NCBI GenBank assembly: GCA_964016885.1
Contig: OZ024742.1
Span: 267,902,001 to 267,966,000 of the forward strand
From: Eledone cirrhosa
Lineage: Eukaryota
Direction: 5' to 3'
DNA length: 64,000 nt
Below the pieces are notes generated by a model, which did no database searches, had not been told where the DNA came from, and saw only the letters and a list, made by a program, of their open reading frames with translations. A program made the translations under genes and the position numbers. Shown in pieces: positions 50,238 through 62,500 of the stretch (positions are counted from its first letter, which is position 1; each line of letters begins with the position of its first letter).

Positions 50238-53200
50238 TACGATGTGTACGCATCTTCCAGCCGTTTGGATTTCGGAGAGGTTTGGATTTCGCAATACGGG
50301 CCATCTTCCTGGACCTAGAAGGTAAGTTGGTGGTGCTGGACATGACCAGCGGAGACGGGCAAGCTTTCAGGCTAGTGGTTGTCTCTGCCCCGACAGGAGC
50401 AGTCGGCCTGATTTCTTCCGCCGTATGGAGACCTTTCTTGGAACGTCCCGCTCTTTAGTGTTAGTGGGCGACTGGAACGGGATTTTAGATGCACGCTGGG
50501 ACTGTGTGGGATTAGCGGATAGGGGAGGAGGATGCAAGCGCCTCACCAACCTGCTCAAGCGCTTTGAACTGTCTGACAGGTACCGATTGGATTTCCCGTA
50601 TGTGCCAATGTGTACTTGGACAAATCGCATAGGGTCATCCAGATCATATCTAGATAGAGTATTTTGTAAGGAAATAGATAGGTCTAGCATAGGCTGTCCA
50701 CAATTCAAGATAGTCAGCTACACAGACCACAAATTCCTGATCTGTATGCTTGACTTAGATAGGCTTCATAGACGAGGACCCGGCTACTGGAAACTAAACG
50801 CGTCCTTACCAGCGCGGAATGCCTACAGAGCCGGATTAGCGAACTAGTTAAGCGGGCGTTGACGGGGGCCATCGTCAACAACAAATGGTGGTTTGCTCTG
50901 AAAAGAGCGATTAGAATAGAGTCCATTAGGTTTAGGAAGGCTTTAGCAATAGAGAAAAATAGAGCAGAGGGAGAACTAGTTAGAAAATTAGACGAGGTGC
51001 TTAGCACAGGCATCGCGACCGACGTACTTGCGGCGAAATTGGCCCATGACCAATTCTTCAATGCAAAGCACGAAGGCTGCGTTGTCAGAGCTAGGGTGCG
51101 TGCTCTCAGACACGATGGGACGAAAGCCATTCAATGGGCCCGAGTGGCGGGGGCGCGTCGTGGCAACAAAGACACGATCCGGTCTTTGGTGGACCACGAC
51201 GGGCGCAGATTTTTCAGCGACACTTCGCTCAGCTATTCGGGGGCAGCGGTGGGCCGGATCGAGGGATGGACTTTAGTGTCTGCCTCGTCGGACTGCCGCG
51301 GCTCTCGGCCACTGAGGCGGAGTGTTGCGAAAAGCCGATAACAGCAGCTGTAGTACTGGAGGAAATGACTGGCTGCACAAGGGGTAAATCGCCTGGTTTG
51401 GATGGTTTGCCCTATGAACTTTACGTACAGATACCAGATTTGTTCGGAGGCCTCTTGGCGGACGTCTACTGCAACTGGCAACAGAACGGAAAAATTCCCA
51501 GCTCTGTGAGCCGAGGAGCTGTGGAACTGCTCAGAAAGGATCCGAACAAGCGGGATAACATAGATAGTTTTAGGCTCATAACTCTGCTAAACATAGAGTT
51601 CAAGATTTTGGCCAAGGTGCTAGCAAAGAGGTTGGCGCTTGTCGTTGGTGGTCTGGTGGGAGAGGCGCAGACATGCGCCATTCCCGACAGATCCATCCAC
51701 GACAACCTCTACCTAATGCGATAATCGTAGAGAGGGTAGCTAGGGAACATGGCACGGGTGAGTCCTTGATCAGTTTAGATCAGTCGAAAGCTTTCGATAG
51801 GGTCGACCATCGTTACCTAGTGGCAGTCCTGAGGGCGGCTGGCTTTGGGCCCGTCTTCAGAGGCTGGATGGCTGCCATGCACAGCGACATCTGCTCTGTG
51901 GTAGAGTGAACGGTCACCTTTCGGAACCGCTCAACATCATGCGCTCGGTCCGCCAAGGATGTCCCCTCTCGTCCCTATTGTACGTATTGACTCTCGAGCC
52001 ATTGCTGCACAAACTGGAGACGTTGAGGGGGCTTCTGCGCGAACTAGGATGCGGAATATCCGTGTCAGCATATGCGGACGATGTCACCGTAGTGGTGTCG
52101 AACGCCAAACACATCGAGGCGATCGGCATTACACTAAGAGAATACGAAACGGTGACAGGAGCAATGATCAACCAAGAAAAGTCAGTGGGCCTGCAGCTCG
52201 GCACCTGGAGAGGCAGGTCCATGCCGTCCAACAGCGTCGTCGGGCGCTGGACGGACGGACCGGTTAAATTGCTAGGGGGCTGGTTCGGTCCAGACCTCCA
52301 GACGGACAAAAACTGGGACGAGGGGACGAGCAGGGTGGCTTCTCTCACCCAGAAATGGGCCGAGAGGAAGCTATCCCTGAAAGGTCGAGCGGAGTTGGCT
52401 AACGCGTACATCGCGTCCGTCATCTACTACCGCCTGACCGTCGTACCTTGTCCTAAGCCCCGCCTGACTGCGCTGGAGTGTTTGCTCTATCGACTTTTGT
52501 GGAAGGGACGCGCTCCGATGGTCAGGCAGGCCATCTGCTGTTAACACCCGCTACGTGGAAGGCTGGGCATGCCGTGGCTGATGATGCGCAGACACGCGCT
52601 CAGGCTACAACATCTCCACCTCTTCCTCGACGGTGATCAGGTGTAGTCGCCGTTTGCTAGACACGTCTTTCCCCAGCTCATCTCCTTGACGGAGCTGCAG
52701 TCCTGGGTCAAGCGAAGACCGAGAGGGAGCGCTTGGAGACTGAAACGTTTTCAGGCGCTCACCGCCCTCGACCAATCCGGCAATGTGATCGGTGGAAACT
52801 CCACCTTGGCGTTCTATATGGGATTAGTGGAGGGGAAGAGCGACGACGTACTTGGAGAAACTCTAGGCGTCGACGAAAATCAACTAGCCAATCTCTTCGG
52901 AAGGACTTTCGGGCCGGGGCCTATGGACAACTTCCAGAAATCCCTGGCCTGGCAGTGCTACCGGGGAGCTTTGCCAGTTCGGGATAAACTCTACAGGCAT
53001 GGAGGTGCCGTCAGCCGGGCATGTCCGAGATGCGCGCAGGGCGACCAAACCTTCCTGCACGCAATCGTGCAGTGTCCGAGCATTGCTGACTTGTGGGTTT
53101 ATGTCGAACACCTGCTGTCACGTGTAGGACGGATCCAGCTATCAGCTGAGTCCATCGTGAGGATTTCCCCGCCCTCTTCCTTTAGCCGGGAAGGGCAGGC

Positions 53201-53690
53201 AGTTTTTATCTGTCTGGTGGCCATGGCGAAAGAGATAGTATGGTGGACACGTTTGAAAGGGCTGAAGACGAGCACTTACCTCTTCGGTGATGCCCTGATT
53301 GACTTTTTCAAATTTCATTTGAAAAGGAAAATCAGAGTAGAGAGGGAAGTGCTCTCTTCCCAGCATTTTGTTGAAAGATGGGTGAGTGAAGCAAGAATGG
53401 CCCGAGTGAATGGGCCTACTCTGAGTATATATTTGTAAATTAAAGGTGGAAAACTTGGAGAGGGCACTTGCCTTGGTGGTCAGGGTCACTGTGGCCTTTT
53501 ACTGGGATTTCTTCACAAATGTCCCTCCGATGTCTCCCCCCTATTGGGGAATTTTTCATTGTTATTTTTTTGTTACATCCTCTGTTTTTTGTTTTTTACA
53601 CGCAGAAATGCCCATTTGTACCGTACTGTATTGCTCTGCACTGTCCTTAATGTCTACTTTATGTAAACCCTTGTGGTTAATAAAGAAATC
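50238..53690 (+). mobile_element. Tx1-A ORF2 and 3' UTR (5' part missing), joined to the subfamily C ORF1
   Basis: Very similar to 26430-29462 and includes the segment deleted in copy 1. YADD at about 52071. Stop codon at 53438. Confidence 0.9.
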
Positions 53691-53698
53691 ATTATTTC

Positions 53699-56600
53699 GG
53701 CCTGTTCGGACGCCTTTTGCTCGCGGTAAGTCGCTTTATTTGTCTGTTAAAATTTGTTGTTGTTAAATATTTATTGTTGTATAAGCCCTTAGACTTTGCC
53801 CTGTGAAGGGGAAAGTAAAATATTTATGCCTGTTGCCCCAAATATTTGAACATTTTACTTTAAAAAAAATAAATTGTTTTAAAAAAAACATGGCGAGCCA
53901 CTCCCCACCCCAGCAATATGTCTGCTGTTATCTGACAACGGCGTAAAAGTTGGGTGGAGAGTTACACACATTGTTACAACAGACACCACCACAAACAACG
54001 TGAACAAAGACAACACTGAGAACACTAATTTCGAAAGATTTACCACACAAACTACAACAATAACAGCGTCAACAGAAATACAGACAACAGAAAAAATGAC
54101 AACAAATGCAACAACGATATTAACACCACTAACAAGAACATAAACAACGACAACACCAACAGCAACAATAAGAATTGCACCGAAAACAACAACAACGGTG
54201 GCACCAAAAACACAACCATCTACAACAGAGATTAAAGCAACAACACTGTTCGTAGCAGTAGCAACAGCAACAACACCAACAGGAAGACCAGTAGCGGCAG
54301 CAATAATGGTACCGCTGAAAAAGGGGCCACTTCTTTCGCAGGTAGAAACAGTGCTAGTCACGGAGGAGGAGAAGGTAGTCGCAAGAGCCATGGTGTCGAG
54401 AAACGACAACAGAGTTTCTCTGAAATTTCCACCCGATTTATTCAAAGACCAGAAACTGCGCACAGTGATTTACCGCACCGTAAGCGAAATGTCGCATCGG
54501 GTGGAGAGAGCCACGGAGGCTCAAATGCAAAAGGCCTTGGGGTGCGTATGGGCGCGCAAAACCCACATTACCCGAGGCAAAAAGTACGGCACAGTAGACG
54601 TGCTTTTCGCCACCCACCAAAGAGGCTAATTCTCACACTTTGGAAACTCTAAACAGTGAGGAGATAGTCTTGGTGCCCTCCTACTGCGGGCAGAAAATTG
54701 TGAGGGGGAAAGTGACCCATGTCCCGCCCGACGTGCCCATACCTTGACTGGCCGCGTCTGTACTGGCTAGAATCGAGGAGAAGACCACCATACTGCAAAT
54801 ACAGAGAATGGGAAGAGAGAACTGGTCAGGAATAGCCATGAAAATGCTAATACAGACTGACCAGGAGTGCATAGACGCCATCCCAGACCTCATAGACCTC
54901 GAGGAAGGTCTCCATCTCCCTATAAGCGTGGAAGGAAGTCGCCTAACATGCTATCTCTGTGGGCAGAAGGGTCAATTCAGGGCCTTCTGCCCGCAGAAGA
55001 CATCCAAGAAGAGCCCCCTCCTTCCGACGCCTGATCCGCTGCTACCAAGAGCAAAGCAGGGAACAGAGGCAGAAGACCTCTTCATGGTGAGTAAGATGGC
55101 AACGTCCGTGGCACCCGTACCAAGGCCACGGACAACTAAAGCAGCGGCAGCAATGGCGGCAACACCAACTGTCGCAGTAGCTACACCGGCGGTAAAATCG
55201 CCGGAGCGTACTCCACTATCACCACCAACAGCTGTGGAGCTCATGCCCCTCCCGGACGCCACATGGTCCGACATGGAGTGTGAGGCGGGAGGGAGGTGGC
55301 AAACGGTCTGCCACAAACAATAAATCAGAAAAAAAACCCTTAGCTTCACCCTACAAAAAGCAGACAAAGAGGGTAAATGTTACAAAGGGACTTGCAGCAT
55401 ACCACCACCATTAATATCACCACCACAAGCATCACCGCCAACAACAATCACACCACCACCAGCATCACCAAAAATACCAACATCGCAAACACAACAAAAC
55501 ACACACACCCAACAGCAACAACAAGAAAACAGCAACAAAATCGCCCCTTCCCCCGAAAAGTACACAGCCATAAACATGGCAAATAAAGAACTCCTAAAAC
55601 ACATGAAGCAGCACGCAGACATCACAGAAATAATACTACTACACCACACCAACACCAATAACTCTCCCGACAAACATAAGCATCATTGAAATCTCAATAG
55701 AACATTACAAACTTTTAAAGCAAAAATTCCCCAACGCAGTTGGAGATTTCAGAGGGTCGGTTACCAAGAGGATATACATCGACATCCTCTTGGAAACACC
55801 CATGGCCAGCCAAACGGACGGTTCTACTGTCCTTCTACCACACGATCAAGGTAAGTGATCCTTACTCACTTAAGCCGTTTCTCATCCAACATGGCCGTAC
55901 TTAGAATAAGCAGTATAAATGTACGTGGCCTGGGGTCATCCTGGAAGCAGGGTCACCTGCTCAACGACAACAGGTCACTAAACATAGATGTGGTGGCCAT
56001 CAGCGAGACCAGAATCTCCGAAGCACGAGCCTTCGCACATATCTTCGGGGGCTACGATGTATACGCATCTCCCAGGCGTCAAGGATCGGGGGGGGGGGGG
56101 TTGTCGTGCTTTTTTGGAGAGGCTTGGATCTTACCATACGGGCCATCTTCCCTCACCCAGAATGTAAGTCGGTGCTGCTGGACGTGTCCGGCAGCGAAGG
56201 CAATGCTTTCAAGCTAGTAGCCGTCTACGCCCCAACAGGGGCAGGACGGCCAGATTTCTTCAGGCGTCTAGAGAACTTTCTTGGAACGTCCCGCTCTTTA
56301 GTGTTAGTGAGCGACTGGAACGGTATTTTATATGCACGCTGGGATTATGTGGGGCAAATAGACAGGGCAGGAGAGTGTAAAAGCCTCGCAAAACTGCTCA
56401 GACGTTTGAACTGTCTGAGAGGTATAGACTGGATTATCTGAATGTGCTAATGTGGACATGGGCAAACCACATCGAGTCATCCAGATCGTATTTAGATAGG
56501 GTATTATGCAGGGAAACAGATAAGGCTAATGTAGGTTGTCCACAAGTCAAAGTAGTCGATTACACGGACGACACATTTGTGATGTGTGAAGTTGACTTAG

Positions 56601-59552
56601 ATAGACTCCATAGGCAAGGGCGCGGCTACTGGAAGATGAATGCGCGCTTCCCGGAGTGCAAAGCTTACAGACACCGGATTAGCGAAATAGTTAAGCGTGC
56701 GTTGACGGGTGGGATCGTCAAAAACAGGTGGTGGTTTACCCTGAAAAGGGCTATTAGTGCAGAATCGATAATGTTTAGCAAAGGAATGGTGATAGAAGAA
56801 AATAGAGTAGAGGGAGAGTTAGTTAAAAATCTAGAAGAGGCGTTTAGGACAGGCATTGCAACCGACATGCTTGCGGCGAGATTGGCACTCGACCAATTCT
56901 TCAACGCAAAGCATGAAGGCTGCGTTGTTAGAGCTAGAGCGCGTGCTCTAGGACACGAGGGGACGAAAGCCATTCAATGGGCCTGGCTGTTGGAGGCGCG
57001 ACGTGGCAACAAGTCCGCAATTCGGTCTTTGCCTGATCAAAACGGGCGCATGTTGCTCGAACCCGAGCAGATGTGTCCGGCTTTTCAACAACCCTTTGCT
57101 CAATTGTTCGGGAGCGGCGGCGGGCCGGATCGGAGTATGGACTTCTGTACATACCTAGACAGATTCCCGCGGCTCTCGACGACAGCAGCTCAGTGCTGCG
57201 AAAAGCCGATAGCAGTAGGGGAAATACAGGGCGCGATGTCTGACTGCACGAGGGGTAAATCGCCATGTTTGGATGGTCTGCCCTACGAGCTTGATGCGTA
57301 TATTCCAGACTTGTTCGGCGACCTCTTGGCAGATGTCTACTGCAACTGGCAGCAAAAAGGGAGCATTCCCAGTTTTGTGAGCCGGGGAGCGGAGGCGCTG
57401 CTGAGAAAAGACCCGTACAAGGGATGCGTTATAAGGGACCCGTACATAACTCTGCTAAACGCAGAGTTTAAGATTTTGGCCAAGGTGTTAGCAAAGAGAC
57501 TGGCGCTTGTCGGTGATCTGGCGGGAGAGAGGCAGACATGCACCATCCCGGACAGATTCATCCACGACAACCTCCATCTCATGCGATACATCATAATTAG
57601 AGTGGTTAAGGAACCTGGCACGGGTGGGGCCCTGATCAACTTGGATCAATCTAAAGCATTTGATAGATTCGACCATCGGTACCTGGTTGCAGTCCTCGAG
57701 GCGGCTGGATTCGGCACTGTTTTTAGGGGCTGGATCGCTGCGATGCATAGCGACATCTGCTCGATTGTGAGGGAGAATGGTCACCTGTCGCAGCCTTTCA
57801 GCATCATGCGCTCGGTCGCCAGGGTTGCCGCCTCTCGTATCTCTTATACGTACTGGCCCCCGAGCCGTTACTGCACAAATTGGAGTCGATGAGGGGGTCC
57901 CACGCGAAATGGGATGCGGGAGATCCGTGTCAGCTTACGCCGACGACGTCACCAAACACGTCCAGATGCTCGGCACCGCTCTCAACGAATACGAAGCGGT
58001 GATAGGAGCAAAGATAAACCAGGAAAAGTCCCTGGGCTTGCATCTCGGCATCTGGAAAATCAAGTCCATGCCGTCCGACAGCGTCGTGGGGCGCTGGACG
58101 GACGGACTGGTTAAATTTTTCGGGGTCTGGTTCGGTCCGGACCTCCAGATGGAGAAATACTGGAGCGAGGTGACGAGCAGGGTGGCCTCTCTAACCCAGA
58201 TATGGGCCGAGAGGAGGCTGTCTCTGAAATGTCGGCGGAGGTGGCGAATGCGTACATAGCGTCCGTCATCTGCTACCGCCTGACCATCTTACCTTGCCCC
58301 CGCCCAACTCTGACCAATATGGAGAACCTTCTCTTCCGCTTTTTGTGGAAGCGACGTGCTTCCATGGTCAGACGATCCATTTGCTGTCAACACCCGTTGG
58401 GTGGAGGACTAGTCATATCGTGGCTGATGATGCGACAACATGCGCTGAGGCTGCGACATCTCTGGTGCTTCTTTGACGGTGAACAGGTGTGGTCGCCGTT
58501 CACCAGACGCCCTCTTCAACAGCTCGTCTCCTTGACGGAGCTGCAGTCTTGGATCAGGAAAAGACCGAGGGATAGCGCTTGGAAGCTGGAATGTTTCCAA
58601 GCGCTCACCGCCCTCTACCGGCTGGGCACTAGTATCGGTGGAACATCCACCTCGGCGTTCTATAGAGTACTACTTGAGCGAAAGTGTGACGACGTTCTTG
58701 GAGAGACCCCGGGCGTTGAAGACGATCAGCTGTTCGCTCTCTTCAAGAGAACTTCAGACCGAGGCCTATGGATGAATTCCAGAAATCCTTGGCCTGGCAC
58801 TGCTAACGGGTAGCGTTGCCGATTCAGGATAAGCTCTACAGGCACGGAGGTGTTGTCAGCGGAGCCTCTCCGAGATGCGCACAGAGCGACGAAACTGTTG
58901 TGCACGCACTCGTTCCGTGTCCGAGCATTGCTGACTTGTGGAGCTATGTTGAACATTTGCTGTCACGTGTAGGACGGATCCGGTTATCGACTGAGTCTAT
59001 TGTGCAGATAGACCCGCCATCCTCCTTTATAGAGGATGAAGGGCAGGCAGTTTTCATCTGCCTGTTGACCATGGCGAAAGCGATTGTGTGGTGGACAAGG
59101 TTGAAAAGGTTGAAGACGGACACTTTCCTCTTCGGCCAATCCTAGATTAACTTTTTTAAGTTTCACTTGAAGAGGAAAATCAGGGTGGAGAGGCAAGTGC
59201 TGTCTTCTAGTAAGTTTTTTGAAAGGTGAGTGAAAGTGGCGAGCCTGGTCCGAGTGATCGGGCCCGCTCTGAGTATGCGCCTGTAGACTGAGGAGTGGGA
59301 AAAGTGAGAGAGGGAGCTTGCCCTGGTCGTCAGGGTGGCCGTGGTCTTTTATGTGGTTTTCACCACGAGTGACCCTCGGAGGTTTCCCCCCTTCTTGGTG
59401 AATTTTTGTTGTTTAGATTTTTTTTGGATTTCTAGCCCGATTTTGTTATAACCTGTTTACACGACCAAAACCCACTTTCTATCGTCCTGTACTGTTCTGT
59501 GCTGTCTCTATTGTTTTTCTTCGTGTCAGCTTTTGTGGCCAATAAAGAAACC
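53699..59552 (+). mobile_element. Tx1 subfamily D, full length, degraded
   Basis: ORF1 from ATG 53890 (CYLCGQKGQFRAFC). ORF2 55891-59286 (SINVRGL, AFDRFDH, YADD). Ends TTGTGGCCAATAAAGAAACC+(ATT)n. Confidence 0.9.
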
Positions 59553-59576
59553 ATTATTATTATTATTATTATTATT

Positions 59577-62500
59577 GGCTGTCACTCTGTGAATTCGTGC
59601 TTTTGGAGCGCCGCAAAATTAGGATATTTTCTGTTTATTTTCTTTGATAATGATTGTTGCATTCTTTGAAAATGGTTATAATACTTCCCTCTTTGCCCTA
59701 TGAAAGAGTAACTGTGTAATAGTTGGGCCTTTTGGCCCAAGTATTTGAAATTAGAAAAAAAATAACATCGCTGAGCCACGTCCAAATTTGACAAAAAATA
59801 AACATGGCTGAGTCATCCATAAACCACCACCACCCACCCCAAACTTTGTGTCTGCTGCCGTGTGACATCGACCTAAACGTTGAGAGGAAGAAATCGGCAA
59901 ACACATTGATTAACACTACAAACAAATATACCAGCACCACCACAAACAGCATGAACAACTGCAGCAGTAACATCAATAGTGAGAACAATAACCTTAAAAA
60001 AGACGATAACACCAACCACAGCAGTAATAGCGACAACCAAAGACAGACAACATAAATAATAACAACAAAAACAACAACGCAATTAACACCACTAACAAGA
60101 ACTTAGAAAGAGACAGCACCAACACAACAATACCAACTGCATCGAGAATAACAACAGCGGCACCAAAATTATAACCAACTGCAACGGTGATAACAGCAAC
60201 AACTCCAACAAGAACAACGACAACAACAACAACTACAACACCAACAACACCACCAACACCACCAACTACAAGAACACTTTCGCTGCGGCAGCAACCAAAA
60301 AGAAGCCATGCTTCACTTTGGAACTTCTCGAATAAAGATGAAAAGTTGGCCCAGGCCTGGAAGCTCATCAAGCAAGAGGAGACCTGGGCCAATTTAACTG
60401 TCCCAGTAGAAGCTATTGAACAGTGCATTACAGTTGCATCTCAGCAGAAACAATGAGTGCAGCTTTAATTGCACAGGCAGATGTCGAAGCCGCGCTGAGG
60501 TGCATCAGAGATGACACTGAATAAATAGCGAGGGGCAGACAATACGGCACCATTTCGGTGCTGTTTAAGTCAGAAGCCCTCGCTATGAGATATGCAATAA
60601 CCCCTTGCAAAACCAGCAAGATTATAATGTAGACCTCCCACATGGGAAAAAGAACAGGTCGTCTCCGCATTCCCAGGATCCGAACAGTACTTGACATGTG
60701 GTGGCTCCTGGGATGTATGATTGAGGAGGGGACGGATACCGTCCCGATAGAGATTACAAGGACAGCTAGAGAGGACAGGTCCGGGGTTGACCTGGAGATA
60801 ATTCTCCAGATCAGGCCGCAGAATGTAAAAAAATATCCCGGACCACATCCGTCTTCAGAACAGGACGGTTATTCACATCATGACTGAGAGGAAAAGGTCG
60901 CATTGTTTCGTTTGCGGTCAACACACTGATTTGCGAGCCTTCTGCCCGCAACTGCTGAAATATGCAAGGGGTCGTAGGAATCCACCACTTCCGACGCCGG
61001 GGCGAGGACCACCACCAACATCAGCACCGACAAAACACCAGCAACAACACCAATAGAAGTACCACCACCAATATTGAACACCCAGGGTGGAAATGAGGAA
61101 AGTTTTCAAATTCACCCTCCCCCCAACATACACACATGAATAAAAACATAAATACACACACAGATACAGACACATTTACAGACACAGGCACCTCATCTTC
61201 CAGTAGAGATGATTAGGGAAAAACCAAATCATCAAAAATACACAAAAGAAAACTCACAAAGCACAAAAACACCCACAATAATAAATGCAGACACCACCCA
61301 AGAAAACATCTCCTCAACAACACCAACATCAACACAACCAACACCATCACCATCAACAGAATTCCAAAAACTTAAACAATCTAAACAGACGCAATAACAA
61401 ATACACACACAAACATCTGAAACCACAGACACCGCGCTCACAACAGAAACAGACACAACCGAAACAACACCATGAAATGCATAACACCACATCCACGCAA
61501 ACAAATAAAATCGCTCCAACAATACAGAAAACTTCGTGCTTGTCAGGAGAGCCAACAAATAATTGATGGCTCTCGTAGCACGAAGTAAAGAAATACAAAC
61601 AAAGGTGGACATTTTTAAATCGAGCATATTTCGCGTGCCGGAATTATTTCTGGTGCGAATGTCGCTTGATTTTTATAAAGGGATTCGAGACAGCTTTCCT
61701 CGGGACGTGGAATCACCGAACGTAAAACCCACATCAAGACTTTTAAAGGTGTTTCAAAAAGAAACCCCACCAACAAGTGCCCGGGAGGTAAATAAACCTT
61801 TCCTCCCTCATTTAGCCTGCCAACATGGTCATATTAAGAGTAGGAAGTTTAAATGTTCGGGGGCTGGGATCATCCTGGAAGCAGGCTCACCTGCTCAACG
61901 ACCTCAGGTCTCTAGAAATGGATGTAATTGTCGTCAGTGAGACCATGATTTCCGACAGGCACGCACTAGCCCCCATTTTCGACGACTATCAGATCTTCGC
62001 ATCTGATAGTCAGCCGAGAATGGTGGATGGGATGGCAGTGCTGTTTAGGAAAGGCCTGGATCTCGAGGTAAGGTCGATCTTCCGGCACCAGGACGGTAAG
62101 TTGGTGGTCCTGGACGTGATCAATAGCGAAGCTGGCGTCTTTAGACAAGTGGCCGTCTACGCCCCTACAGGGCCAGGACGACCGGACATCGTTAGACGCC
62201 TGGAAGCTTTTCTGGGTACTTCTCGCCATTTACTGTTATTGGGTGACTGGAACAGCATCTTAGAGGCAGGCTGTGAGTGTGTGGGGCTCCGCATTAGGAG
62301 CGGGGGTGCAAAAGCCTCAAGTGCCTGATCAGGCAGTTCCAACTGTCTGACAGGTACCAACTAGATTTCCCTAATGCGCCAGTGTGGACCTGGACAAACC
62401 GTTTAGATCGTATTTAGATATATTTCTAAATAGATTAGTGGATAAGGATAGTGTAGGGTGTCCACAATTATATACGGTCGCCTATTGAGACCACAAGTTT

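Noticed and set aside
23988-59576. Regularly recurring TTA tracts as a CRISPR array or telomere
   Set aside because: They are simple trinucleotide runs of variable length separated by kb-scale LINEs. There are no cas genes and no TTAGGG repeats.
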